NCBI GenBank assembly: GCA_963793425.1
Contig: CAWCAG010000009.1
Span: 1,056,001-1,120,000, forward strand
DNA from: an uncultured cyanobacterium
GTDB taxonomy: Bacteria > Cyanobacteriota > Cyanobacteriia > Cyanobacteriales > CAWCAG01
DNA: 64,000 bases
Reading direction: 5' to 3'
Shown here: piece by piece, positions 19,659-29,553 of the stretch
Layout of the letters: every line of letters begins with the position of its first letter
How positions within the stretch are numbered: the stretch's first letter is position 1
Position numbers and translations under genes: made by a program
The notes under the pieces: model-generated
Told to the model about the DNA's origin: nothing
Database searches by the model: none
What the model saw: the letters and a program-made list of their open reading frames with translations, nothing else

Positions 19659-20279
19659 CTAAACAACCCGCTTGAGAATCTTCAACACATCGTATAACTC
19701 GTTGTGAGATTGTCGAAAGAGGGAAAAATCATCAGAAAGGGCATAAAGAGGTTGAGGCTTTTTATGCAACTTGAGAAACAAAAACCCATCACCATTAGTT
19801 ACTAAACCAAAAATTGGCTTTTCTGTATTAGGACTCCCCATCATATAGGTTAAGGCTTGAGGAATAGCAAGAGAAAAAGAAAACTTAGCTTGTTTTGATT
19901 CCACCAACAGCAACCAAAAGTTATCTTGCAGCACCAAGGCATCAATACGACCTCTGTAAGTAACCTCCTCATCTTCAACAGTAAGATTTACTCCAGCTTC
20001 TCCCCTTAACTTGAAAGGAGGATCACACAAACCAGCGAGATAGAGCAGAGGAGAGACTAATAGTAAATTAATCGTACTTTCTGTTAAAGGGCCATCAGCA
20101 CTATTGTAGAGGTAACTAGCTTTAATCCGGTCTAGGCTAGCTTCCTCCCCTGGAGTTAAGTTGGGCAACTGTTGCCGCCATTCAAAGAAAAACTGCCAGT
20201 CGGAAGCCCGACTCAAGCCTAGTTGAGTTTCTGCTTGGTTAAGGGATTTAATTGCTTCTGTAACAGCAAGGGTAGTCAT
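19659..20279 (-). CDS. Stand-alone HsdR-N-like PD-(D/E)xK domain protein
   Basis: GRIDALVL..LVESK, AIPQALTYM, GLVTNG. Confidence 0.75.
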   Translation of the reverse strand: MTTLAVTEAIKSLNQAETQLGLSRASDWQFFFEWRQQLPNLTPGEEASLDRIKASYLYNSADGPLTESTINLLLVSPLLYLAGLCDPPFKLRGEAGVNLTVEDEEVTYRGRIDALVLQDNFWLLLVESKQAKFSFSLAIPQALTYMMGSPNTEKPIFGLVTNGDGFLFLKLHKKPQPLYALSDDFSLFRQSHNELYDVLKILKRVV

Positions 20280-20402
20280 ACCAAATCCTGTTTAAATAGC
20301 ATAAGTTATCGGTGAGGGTAGGGAGTAGGGAGCAGGGAGCAGGGAGCAGGGTTGGCGCACTTCCTTGCCGTAGGCTACAGGCAGTAGGGTTTGAAAACTT
20401 TT
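20280..20402. repeat. MITE-like dispersed repeat with GGGAG(C/T)A heptamer core (second family)
   Basis: ACCAAATCCTGTT end, tandem heptamers, GGTTTGAAAACTTT; related pieces at 19583-19660, 30658-30701, 35292-35345, 51218-51340 and 59340-59352. Confidence 0.6.
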
Positions 20403-20410
20403 TAAAGTCC

Positions 20411-21358
20411 TCATGGCTTATTAGCATCTGCTTCCTGCAAAGATACTCGGCTTCCCAAACACTTGGTTTCAATAAAAATCTGTTTAATTTCTGGGTGTTG
20501 AGTATTTATTTTTGTTTCTAAGCGTTCGATGGCTTCTGCTACTTCTGCGCTAGATAAATCACTTTTAAACTCTAGGTCTAAGTTAAGTAAAATGTCTTCC
20601 GGACCAAAATGTAAAGTAAGTAAGCGGACAACTTCGGCAATGGCAGGATCAGTACTAGCTAGCAGACGAATACTTGTAACTTTTTCTGGATCTGCTCCTT
20701 CACCAATCAATAACCCTTTGCTTTCGTAACCCAAAACAATAGCAACTAGACCAAGAAGTAGACCAATAATAATTGAAGCTACTCCATCTAAGTAAGGGTT
20801 GTTTAATAAATGTCCTAAGAAAATACCTATAAAAGCGATTAATAGACCTAAAATAGCGGCCGAATCTTCAAATAAAATAGTTAATACGGTGGGGTCTTTG
20901 CTTCTACGAATAGCTTGCCAAATATTTTTCCCCTTCATTTGAGAGCGAAATTCCCGAAAGGCAACACTCCAAGCATAGCCTTCAACAATAGCTGCAAAAG
21001 CCAGCACAAAGTAATTCCATTTAGGGTCTTCTACCGGATGGGGGTTAAGAATGTGGTTAATACCTTCATAAATAGATGTACCACCCCCCACTGCGAAAAT
21101 ACCAAAGGCAACCACAAGAGTCCAAAAGTAGAGTTCTTGGCTGTAACCAAAAGGATGGCTGGCATCAGCAGGTTTTTGGGAATTGCGTACCCCCAACAAC
21201 AGAAATAATTCATTCCCTGTATCTACTAAAGAATGAATCCCTTCTGATAACATCGCAGAACTACCACTAATGCTAGCGGTAATAAACTTAACTATGGCAA
21301 TGGTTAAGTTACCACCCATGGCCACAAAAATTGTTTTTTTCGTTGCTCCTGCTTCCAC
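20411..21358 (-). CDS. Cation diffusion facilitator transporter
   Basis: SSAMLSEGIHSLVD, HPFGY, six TM segments, C-terminal dimerisation domain. Confidence 0.92.
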   Translation of the reverse strand: MEAGATKKTIFVAMGGNLTIAIVKFITASISGSSAMLSEGIHSLVDTGNELFLLLGVRNSQKPADASHPFGYSQELYFWTLVVAFGIFAVGGGTSIYEGINHILNPHPVEDPKWNYFVLAFAAIVEGYAWSVAFREFRSQMKGKNIWQAIRRSKDPTVLTILFEDSAAILGLLIAFIGIFLGHLLNNPYLDGVASIIIGLLLGLVAIVLGYESKGLLIGEGADPEKVTSIRLLASTDPAIAEVVRLLTLHFGPEDILLNLDLEFKSDLSSAEVAEAIERLETKINTQHPEIKQIFIETKCLGSRVSLQEADANKP

Positions 21359-21433
21359 ATTAACTCCTGTTCATAACATCAAACATTGTTGGCGTAAGCC
21401 TTGCCGTAGGCTACATTTATCATTAAACATTTA

Positions 21434-22102
21434 TTAAGCAGGATACAAAGGAGATTGTTCATAATGAGCTAGAATATCGTCTGGATCTTTATAAATAGCG
21501 ATACAACCTGCTTCCCTTAACACCTCTTCAGAAAAGCCACCACAAAGAACTCCTACGGTGCGTAAAGGCACTTTTTGCGCTGCTTGGGCATCGTAGGGAC
21601 TATCTCCGACAACGATTACTTCTTCTGGTTTGATATTTTCTAGTTTTTCCATTGCAGTGGTAAAGATATCGGGATTAGGTTTAGATTTTTCGACATCATC
21701 GCCACAGGTATAATTATCTATCAGGTCTTCAATATTTAACAACTTTTGATAATGGGCAATTGAGTCTTTTCTACCGGAAGAAGCAAGTACTACCCGAAGC
21801 CCATCTTCTCTTAGTCGTGTGAAAAGCTCTTTAACTTGAGGAAAAGGTTCTACTTTCGGCAATAAACTATCTTGATAATATTCCTTGCGGTACTGGGAAA
21901 TTTTCTCACCTAACTGTTCAAATTCTTCTTGAGAGATAAAATCTTGCATGATATAGTCACCCCCTTTACCAATTTGCTGGCGTATTTCCTCATAAGGAAA
22001 ATCATAACCATATTCTTGGAAAGCTTTAACCCAAGCTTGGGCATGGAACTTAACGGAGTCTACTAAGGTTCCATCTACATCAAAAATGACTGCTTTAAGC
22101 AT
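21434..22102 (-). CDS. HAD family hydrolase
   Basis: FDVDGTLVD, KPNPD, VGDSPYD. Confidence 0.92.
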   Translation of the reverse strand: MLKAVIFDVDGTLVDSVKFHAQAWVKAFQEYGYDFPYEEIRQQIGKGGDYIMQDFISQEEFEQLGEKISQYRKEYYQDSLLPKVEPFPQVKELFTRLREDGLRVVLASSGRKDSIAHYQKLLNIEDLIDNYTCGDDVEKSKPNPDIFTTAMEKLENIKPEEVIVVGDSPYDAQAAQKVPLRTVGVLCGGFSEEVLREAGCIAIYKDPDDILAHYEQSPLYPA

Positions 22103-22264
22103 TGATTATCCTAATCACAACAGACTCCCATTTTGCTATTTTTCGATGATCAAAATCATCATTCTTGAGAACAATTGTTGTTTCCTTTAACACTCTACCT
22201 GTAGTTATATGTATTGAAGGAAACATAATTGTTTCCTTGGGGTACAAACCTTACCGAAATTAAT

Positions 22265-22585
22265 GGGTATAAAGCCTCGTCCTCGCAGGACTGCTCTTAT
22301 TCATTTTAGTCTGTGTTTATACTCGCCATGGTAGTATAACTTGGGAGGCAAACCTAGACAGATTTTGAGTAAACATCATCTCAAAATAAGTAGGCAATCG
22401 TATTGCATCACGCTGTGAAATTAGCGCGGTGCGTAGTTCAGTCTTAAGTCTGACGAATTGATAGCCTATGTTCGGCGAAGCCGTTGCCGAAGGCTAAATC
22501 TGAGAATTAAGAATATGGTGAAGAATCATTGTCTAGCTAAGTCTATTAACGAGGCTTCCTGGTATCAGTTCCGTTGCTGGTTTGT
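22265..22585 (+). mobile_element. IS200/IS605 remnant with tnpB fragments
   Basis: Left-end-like TATAAAGCCTCGTCC..GGAC; fragments HAVKLARCVVQS and NLRIKNMVKNHCLAKSINEASWYQFRCW with frameshifts. Confidence 0.75.
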
Positions 22586-22851
22586 GCTATTATTAATTAG
22601 GTAGGTGTAACCCAATTAAATGTGTAAATGCAGCCTACATTCAGCCTGGGAAAATTTTCTAAAAACCGGTGCGGATGGGCATCCCGTATCGCAAATAAAG
22701 CTCACTTTTATATCCTAAGCAATAGCCGGAGTTAGTGAGAAGCCCACACTTACAGCAAGCTGAAGTGTGGGAGTATGTCACACTGGCACTTAATTTATGG
22801 GCAGAATCTCTTACAATCATGGTTTTAGAGTCCTCGGTTAACACTGGCAGA

Positions 22852-23838
22852 ATGGTTCAATTCAATATTCAGCCAGACAGCGAAATACCATCTTCCAAAC
22901 AACTGTTTGACCAAATTCAGTTTGCGATCGCCTCTCGACAGTTTCCTCCTGGACATCGCCTACCAAGTACCCGACAGCTAGCGATGATTACGGGACTACA
23001 CCGCAATACCATCAGCAAGGTGTATCGCCAATTAGAAGAAACTGGCTTAGTAGAGTCTCAAGCAGGTTCAGGTATTTATGTTAGGGCCCAAGGACATGAA
23101 GGGGGAACTCAGTTAAGTTCTCCGACTCTAGATAAATACCCCCAAGAAGCATATAAATTAGTTCAGCGAAGTTTAGATGAATTGCTAGCTAAAGGTTGTA
23201 GCCTTACCCAAGCCAGGGATTTGTTTTTATCAGAGATTGACTGGCGTTTACGTTGCAGTGCCAGGGTATTAGTCACTATACCGGGAAGAGATTTAGGGGC
23301 AGGGGAATTAATGGTACATGAACTAGAGAAGTCTTTAGGTATTCCTGTACAACTTGTTCCAATGGAAGAGTTAGAAAAGGTCTTAGAACAAACTCACTCC
23401 GGGACAGTAGTTACTAGTCGTTACTATATTGGTCAAGCAGAAGAAATTGCTGCCCCCAAATCTGTCCGCGTTATTCCGGTGGATATTTATGACTATGGCA
23501 AAGAAATGGATATCATCAAAACTTTGCCCAAGGGCAGTTGTGTCGGCTTAGTTAGTCTTAGTGTTGGTATCCTCAAAATCGCCGAAACAATGGTTTATAG
23601 TTTTAGGGGAGACGAGCTTTTGATTATGAGCGCTCAAGTTACTGATGATTATAAGCTTAAAGCTTTAGTGCGTTCTGCTCAAACTATTATCTGCGATAGT
23701 CCTAGTTATGACTTAGTTAAAAAAGCAATTTTGACTGCTAGAGAAGATTTAATCCGCCATCCTGAGTTGATTTGTAGTGAGAATTACATAGGTTCTAAAT
23801 CAATTAATTTATTGAAGCGAGAATTAGGTTTAGGGTAA
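22852..23838 (+). CDS. plmA: GntR family regulator, cyanobacterial PlmA subfamily
   Basis: MVQFNIQPDSEIPSSKQLFDQI, RLPSTRQLA, GSGIYV; ATG at 22852 preferred over 22735. Confidence 0.9.
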   Translation: MVQFNIQPDSEIPSSKQLFDQIQFAIASRQFPPGHRLPSTRQLAMITGLHRNTISKVYRQLEETGLVESQAGSGIYVRAQGHEGGTQLSSPTLDKYPQEAYKLVQRSLDELLAKGCSLTQARDLFLSEIDWRLRCSARVLVTIPGRDLGAGELMVHELEKSLGIPVQLVPMEELEKVLEQTHSGTVVTSRYYIGQAEEIAAPKSVRVIPVDIYDYGKEMDIIKTLPKGSCVGLVSLSVGILKIAETMVYSFRGDELLIMSAQVTDDYKLKALVRSAQTIICDSPSYDLVKKAILTAREDLIRHPELICSENYIGSKSINLLKRELGLG

Positions 23839-24003
23839 ATAATCTTTCTTTTGAACTAAAAATACTAATTTACTATTGCTAAAATAATTTACTTTTGTTA
23901 CTTTGATGAGAGTAAATTAGCTCCTTGCAAATATTAAGCTAGCAATGAAAAATAGTAAAAGCGACCCCAGCATTAACAATCAAACAAGTAAATCTCTACT
24001 CAG

Positions 24004-24543
24004 ATGAGATTGCAGGTTGGAGAAAAGCAAGCAGGATTTACTTTAATTGAGGCAATGATCGTCTTAGTTATCATCTCGATTTTCGCGGCTATTGCTATTC
24101 CTACTTATTTGCACTTTGCTTCTAAAGCTAAACTTAGGGCTGCTATATTCGAGTTATCCCAATTCTGGAAAGAAACTCGTTTTGATGCTATGGATAGTGG
24201 CAGTACTCCCTCAACTATCTGCATGGCAGAATCTACTTCAAATCAGGTAGTTTATGCCAAACTGAACGGTAAAGATTGTAACTTAGTCACTGCTTGGCAT
24301 AGCTTACCGCGCGGGGTAAGTATTGATGAAGAAAATTCTACTTTGCGTACTGTAAGTGGTGTCGCTGGCAACGATGGCAAAATTTATCGGGTTAGTTGGG
24401 CTGATACCAAAGCTGGTTACGGGGGATCTTGGGGGCAACTAGGGCGTATTACCCTCCAAGCAGGTACAGCAAAACAATGCCTATTTTTGTTTAGCACCAA
24501 GGGAGATTGGGAAGCAAGGAAGGGAAAGAAATGTTTTAAGTAA
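24004..24543 (+). CDS. Type IV pilin-like protein
   Basis: QAG/FTLIE prepilin cleavage motif followed by a hydrophobic helix. Confidence 0.88.
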   Translation: MRLQVGEKQAGFTLIEAMIVLVIISIFAAIAIPTYLHFASKAKLRAAIFELSQFWKETRFDAMDSGSTPSTICMAESTSNQVVYAKLNGKDCNLVTAWHSLPRGVSIDEENSTLRTVSGVAGNDGKIYRVSWADTKAGYGGSWGQLGRITLQAGTAKQCLFLFSTKGDWEARKGKKCFK

Positions 24544-24774
24544 GCTAATTGCTAAACTGGACTTCATAAGCAATAGTCAAGAAAGCTTAATAGAGTTGAG
24601 ATTACTTCCTTTCTTCCTTCCTTCCTTGTAGACATTACCGACACAATGTCAAGCAAACGTAAGCGCTTTTTTCTGAGTAATAACTCACCGAGGGGTTCTT
24701 CAAACAAGCTTTTGTAAGCCCAAATAGGTAATGCCAGATACAATATAGCAAAACAAGAGTCTAGTAAAGAATAA

Positions 24775-25152
24775 CTATTTTCTGGCTAACCAATAGCCAA
24801 AGGAAATGCCAATTAAGCTAGCCACTAAATCCAAAACAGTCAAAGTACGATTAGGAGAGAAGCCTTGTAAAAGTTCTTCAGCAATCGTGAAAATTCCGAA
24901 TAAAACTGGCCATAGAGGCAAAACATAATCCAATAATTTTAGTTTGCGGTGTTTAAAGACTCGATGACCTAAATAGGTTGCGATTGCATAAATAACAAAA
25001 TGCCCTATGGTATCGTGATAGGGTATGCGACTTAACCAACCAGGTAGATTTCCTGTATAAGCCACAACTAAAATTGTTAGTAGTGTAGCGCCGTAAATAC
25101 TCGCAATAACTTTGACAGAGAGATTATTTGATTTTTGGTTAAGTAATTTCAT
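24775..25152 (-). CDS. VanZ-like membrane protein
   Basis: DTIGHFVIY, EELLQGFSPNRT..DLVASLIG. Confidence 0.8.
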   Translation of the reverse strand: MKLLNQKSNNLSVKVIASIYGATLLTILVVAYTGNLPGWLSRIPYHDTIGHFVIYAIATYLGHRVFKHRKLKLLDYVLPLWPVLFGIFTIAEELLQGFSPNRTLTVLDLVASLIGISFGYWLARK

Positions 25153-25228
25153 AAACGAACCAGAACTGTTTTAATTACTTCATACCCAAAGCAGTACTTT
25201 TGGGAAAAGTAAGCAGAAGAAATGACAA

Positions 25229-26239
25229 ATGAGCAATGATAAATCTTTAAAGCAACCAAAAAAGCCAGGTAAATCTCTCCCAGGTAAATTTATTATCAAA
25301 CTGGGAAAATTCACTTGGACAACCATGTGGCAAATTATGATGTCACAACTCGCCCCTCGTAACAAATCGGGGGCTTACATTCGCCCAGAAAGTCAGTTCC
25401 GTAATTCCATTGGTACAGAAGCTTATACCCCCCAGAAAGGGCGCTACCGCCTTTATGCTGGTTTAGGTTGTCCTTGGGCCCATCGTACCTTAGTAACAAG
25501 AAGTCTCAAAGGCTTAGAAGAGGTTGTAGGAGTATCTATTGTTTCTCCTGCTGCTGAAGCGGGAATTTGGGTATTCAATCAAGAAAAAGAAGGTTGTCAA
25601 ACTGTTCCTCAATTATATAACTTAGCTAAACCAGGTTATCAGGGACGTTGCACTGTTCCTATATTATGGGACACTGAAACAAAGACGATTGTTAATAACG
25701 AGAGTGCAGAAATTATCATCATGCTGAACTCCCAATTTAACGAATATGCAACAAACCCTAACCTTGACTTATATCCAGAGGAATTGCAGGAGAAAATTGA
25801 ATGGTGGAATGAGAAAATTTATCACGCTGTTAACAATGGTGTCTATCGCTGCGGTTTTGCCCAAACCCAAGAAGCATACAACCAAGCTTGTGAGGAACTT
25901 TTCACTACTTTAGATGAAATTGATACGGCTTTAGCAACTAGTCATTATCTTTGTGGAGAACAATTAACTTTAGCAGATGTGCGTTTATTTACAACCCTGT
26001 TCCGTTTTGATGTAGTCTATTACGGGCTATTCAAATGCAACCGCCGCAGAATTCAAGATTATGCAAACCTCGGCCCTTATTTGCGAGATATTTATCAGTT
26101 GCCAGGGGTTGCTGACACTTGCGATCTCGATAGTGTGAAGCAAGATTATTACGGCAATCTTTTCCCCCTCAATCCAGGAAGTATAATACCTTCGGGGCCA
26201 GATATTATGCCATTTCTCTCTAAGTCTGCTGAAAGATGA
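25229..26239 (+). CDS. Glutathionyl-hydroquinone reductase (YqjG-like GST)
   Basis: CPWAHR, TVPILWD, IVNNESAEI, NNGVYRCGFA. Confidence 0.92.
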   Translation: MSNDKSLKQPKKPGKSLPGKFIIKLGKFTWTTMWQIMMSQLAPRNKSGAYIRPESQFRNSIGTEAYTPQKGRYRLYAGLGCPWAHRTLVTRSLKGLEEVVGVSIVSPAAEAGIWVFNQEKEGCQTVPQLYNLAKPGYQGRCTVPILWDTETKTIVNNESAEIIIMLNSQFNEYATNPNLDLYPEELQEKIEWWNEKIYHAVNNGVYRCGFAQTQEAYNQACEELFTTLDEIDTALATSHYLCGEQLTLADVRLFTTLFRFDVVYYGLFKCNRRRIQDYANLGPYLRDIYQLPGVADTCDLDSVKQDYYGNLFPLNPGSIIPSGPDIMPFLSKSAER

Positions 26240-26293
26240 TCACACTAATTCTCTTTAGTTGTGACAAAAATGTACATATGGGAGAAATAATAA

Positions 26294-27172
26294 ATGTTAA
26301 ATGAAAATTGTCTCTATCTCGTCGGTACTCCCATTGGTAACCTAGAAGATATGACCTTTCGGGCAGTACGCATCCTCCAAAGTGTCGATTTAATTGCTGC
26401 CGAAGATACTCGCCATACCGGTAAACTCTTACAACACTTTCAAATTACAACCCCTCAGCTTAGTTATCACCAACACAATTGTCAACAACGCCACCAAGAA
26501 TTATTAAAGCGTTTACAAAAAGGAGAGGCGATCGCCTTAGTAACTGATGCAGGAATGCCTTGTATTTCTGATCCTGGTTACGAACTAGTTAAAGCTTGTG
26601 TAGAAGCTAAAATCTCTGTTGTACCAATCCCTGGTGTAACAGCCGCCATAACCGCTTTGGCAGCCTCTGGATTACCTGGGGAAGGTTTCATCTTTAATGG
26701 ATTCTTGCCCTACAAAAATAAACCCCGTCAGGAACAATTAAATAGTATCAAAAAAGAAACTCGTACCCTAATTTTCTACGAAGCCCCCCATCACTTGCTA
26801 CAAACCCTTAAGGATTTAGAAATTACTTTAGGTGAGAATCGTCCCATTGTTCTGGCGAGGGAACTAACTAAACTCCATGAAGAATTTTGGCGAGGTACAA
26901 TCAAAGAGGCGATCGCCCTCTATACGAATCTAAGGCAACCCAAGGGAGAATATACTTTAGTGGTAGCTGGGGCAGAAACTGCTGCAACTCTTAATCTTTC
27001 GGAAGCAGAACTTAAAGTTGAATTGCAACAACTATTAAAACAAGGAATGACACGATCGCAAGCTAGTCGCCATCTTGCTGAATTAACTTCTCTGTCTCGG
27101 AGGGAGATTTATCAGTTGTCAATGATACCTAACGGCAACGTAAAGCAGAACAATGATAAATGCTCAACGTAG
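26294..27172 (+). CDS. rsmI: 16S rRNA C1402 2'-O-methyltransferase
   Basis: LVGTPIGNLEDM, AAEDTR, DAGMPCISDPG, RELTKLHEE. Confidence 0.96.
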   Translation: MLNENCLYLVGTPIGNLEDMTFRAVRILQSVDLIAAEDTRHTGKLLQHFQITTPQLSYHQHNCQQRHQELLKRLQKGEAIALVTDAGMPCISDPGYELVKACVEAKISVVPIPGVTAAITALAASGLPGEGFIFNGFLPYKNKPRQEQLNSIKKETRTLIFYEAPHHLLQTLKDLEITLGENRPIVLARELTKLHEEFWRGTIKEAIALYTNLRQPKGEYTLVVAGAETAATLNLSEAELKVELQQLLKQGMTRSQASRHLAELTSLSRREIYQLSMIPNGNVKQNNDKCST

Positions 27173-27232
27173 GGGCGACCCGTTTTTCCCGTATTATTAA
27201 TAAATCAAAGGTCTATGTTGGGTCGCCCTCTA
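27169..27232. repeat. REP-like inverted pair
   Basis: GTAGGGGCGACCC ... GGGTCGCCCTCTA; related palindrome GGGCGCAAGGCTTGCGCCCCTA at 29504-29525. Confidence 0.55.
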
Positions 27233-27242
27233 TCAATTATTC

Positions 27243-28937
27243 TCAGTAACTCAACACAGGCAAAGAATCATCAACACGCCATAATAACTCCAACCCCTTA
27301 GCAGGCATAGTTAAAAATAAAATATCTCCTGGTTGGAGGTGAATTTCTAAGAGTTGCCTACCATGGATTGTTTTATTGTTGCTATCTAAATATAAAGGAA
27401 CAAAGTCTGCATCCATCGCTGCATCCTTGACAGTTTTGTTGCAAAAAGGATGGGCTGGGGTGATTAGCGTACCTACAGCAATCCAAAGGAGGTCTGCTGT
27501 CATACCATGACCTAAAACCTTACCACCCAATGCTGCTGCCACAAAGGAAGGTGTGGCCAACTCCGTAGGACAAAGTACGTTATCAAAACCAAATACTTCT
27601 TGTACAGATTCAGCAAATTGAGGTTCTCGATGACGGGCTACTACTGTTATACCAGAAGTGATTGCTTTGGCACAGAGAGCAATTTCCACATTAGCCATGT
27701 CATCGCTAGTTACGGCTAATAGCGCCGCTGCTTTGGCAATATTAGCTGCTTTGAGAGTATTGGCGATGCGAGAGTCTTCTATAATTACAGGTACTCCCAA
27801 AGAACGGGCTGTGTGAAGAAAACGATTGTTGTGATCTTTTTCTATTACCACCACCTCTTGCCCTTGTTTAAGGAGTTGATGGACAATTTTCATGCCAATT
27901 TCTCCTAAGCCACAAACTATGTAGTGGTTGCGAGGGGGAATCCTCGCTGCATCCCAAAACTGCTTGAGACGACTACCTAGCACAAAATCATTAATTAGGG
28001 CATAACAAATACCAATTACTCCAGCCCCCACAATCATCATAATCGCTGTGAAAAGCTTGATACTATCTGGGGCTTGTTCAGCAACTTGTTCTTGCCCCCC
28101 TGCCCCGGTTATCATACCTACAGAGAAGTAGAGAGCATCGATAATAGAGGTATTAAAGTTAACGCTAACATAAGTGACAGTAGCTAGTAAAATTGTTACC
28201 AATAAAGCCAGCATCACAATAGCAATGGGGCGACCATGACGGTTAAACTTACCGAAATTAGTCAAGGCTTTGAGAAAAGTTAAAGGTTTGGGGCGGCGAT
28301 TTCTGCTAACTTTCGGTTGAGTACCAATAACTAAATGATCCCCTAACTCTAACTTATCCCCATGTACCACCGCAGAAATTAAGTCTTGTTCGCCTTTCGC
28401 CGGTAAGTAATAGATTAACATCCGCTCTAAGCTAGTCCAAAGCTGGCTTAAAGGCATTCCCAACCAAGGATGGTTAGCATCGATAACCTCTTCGTAGATA
28501 GGCCAAGTTTTGTTAAATAGTTGTAACTGACCAATAGCTTGACTACCAAAAGCTGCAAAGGTAAAAATAGGAGCAGCCCATTCAGAAACGCTCATGGAAA
28601 AGTGATGGGGCAGAATTTTGTCTAAGCGTTCCCCCAAAGTTTCATTAAAAATACGATTAACAATACGAATGTGGGGATTAATCACCCTTGCTTGGGTGAG
28701 AATAGCTAAATTAAGTCCGTCATCGTCGCTACAAAGAACGAGGGTATTAGCTTCCCGAATACCCGCTGTGATTAAGGTAGAAGCAGCACGCAAATCCCCA
28801 ACAATTAGGTCATCACCACGTTCGCAAGGGAAAGGTCGGTCGCTAATCGCTACAACATTTGCTCCCTGTTGACGCAATAAACAAAAAATTTTATACCCAG
28901 TACGACCTAAGCCAGAGACAATGATTCGAGGTTTCAT
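27243..28937 (-). CDS. Potassium channel family protein with two TrkA-N/RCK domains
   Basis: IIVSGLGRTG and IVCGLGEIG Rossmann motifs; TM-pore-TM (DALYFSVGMITGAGG). Confidence 0.88.
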   Translation of the reverse strand: MKPRIIVSGLGRTGYKIFCLLRQQGANVVAISDRPFPCERGDDLIVGDLRAASTLITAGIREANTLVLCSDDDGLNLAILTQARVINPHIRIVNRIFNETLGERLDKILPHHFSMSVSEWAAPIFTFAAFGSQAIGQLQLFNKTWPIYEEVIDANHPWLGMPLSQLWTSLERMLIYYLPAKGEQDLISAVVHGDKLELGDHLVIGTQPKVSRNRRPKPLTFLKALTNFGKFNRHGRPIAIVMLALLVTILLATVTYVSVNFNTSIIDALYFSVGMITGAGGQEQVAEQAPDSIKLFTAIMMIVGAGVIGICYALINDFVLGSRLKQFWDAARIPPRNHYIVCGLGEIGMKIVHQLLKQGQEVVVIEKDHNNRFLHTARSLGVPVIIEDSRIANTLKAANIAKAAALLAVTSDDMANVEIALCAKAITSGITVVARHREPQFAESVQEVFGFDNVLCPTELATPSFVAAALGGKVLGHGMTADLLWIAVGTLITPAHPFCNKTVKDAAMDADFVPLYLDSNNKTIHGRQLLEIHLQPGDILFLTMPAKGLELLWRVDDSLPVLSY

Positions 28938-29204
28938 AACTCACCAACATCTACCAATCAAAAAAGCCGCCGTTCATCATACTAATACTAATTCTCAACT
29001 TTTCCGGGAAACATACTTCCATTGTCACTTGTTTGCGACCCGAATAATGTATCCCAGTACACTAACAAACCAATCTTTTTACTTAAAATAAAGCCTGAAT
29101 TTTATACATTCAAAAACAAATTACCTAAGACTGAAAATCTAAAATCCCAAGTAGTTAGCTTTTGCCGTAAACTTTTAAATTGTTTACTAAACTACAAACT
29201 AGCA

Positions 29205-29402
29205 ATGGAAATTGGGCAAAAAGTACAAGTCTGCCGTCTTAGAGATCGCGTCGCACCTGGCATCTTAGGCAAACTGGGTAAAGTTGGTGTGATTAAAGAC
29301 TTCAAAATGACTGATGGTAGCGGAGTTGGTGCAGTGGTGAAATTTGAAGATAACTCAACTACTTGGTTTTTTGAAGATGAACTCAGAGCCGTAGGATCAT
29401 AG
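29205..29402 (+). CDS. petP: Cytochrome b6f subunit PetP (DUF2862)
   Basis: MEIGQKVQVCRLRDR..KMTDGSGVG..WFFEDEL; ATG at 29205. Confidence 0.88.
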   Translation: MEIGQKVQVCRLRDRVAPGILGKLGKVGVIKDFKMTDGSGVGAVVKFEDNSTTWFFEDELRAVGS

Positions 29403-29553
29403 AGTCTGGTAAGACCATTTTTCAAAAATTATGGCATTTGTTAATAAACAAGGGGGGAATGGTACAGGGTAAAAAACTAAAACCTGTCAGCCTCTCCCAT
29501 TTTGGGCGCAAGGCTTGCGCCCCTAAAATTATATTCTTTCAACCTACAACAAA

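Noticed and set aside
19659..20279. Type I R-M system
   Set aside because: Only a short HsdR-N-like domain; no helicase, hsdM or hsdS
20248..20521. ORFs 20248-20472 and 20312-20521
   Set aside because: Translations of heptamer repeats and MITE sequence
22735..22851. N-terminal extensions of plmA (also petP 29022, MFP 57827, vapC 7385, ORF 50467)
   Set aside because: Upstream alternative starts from the ORF caller; family-typical N-termini or better ATG starts lie downstream
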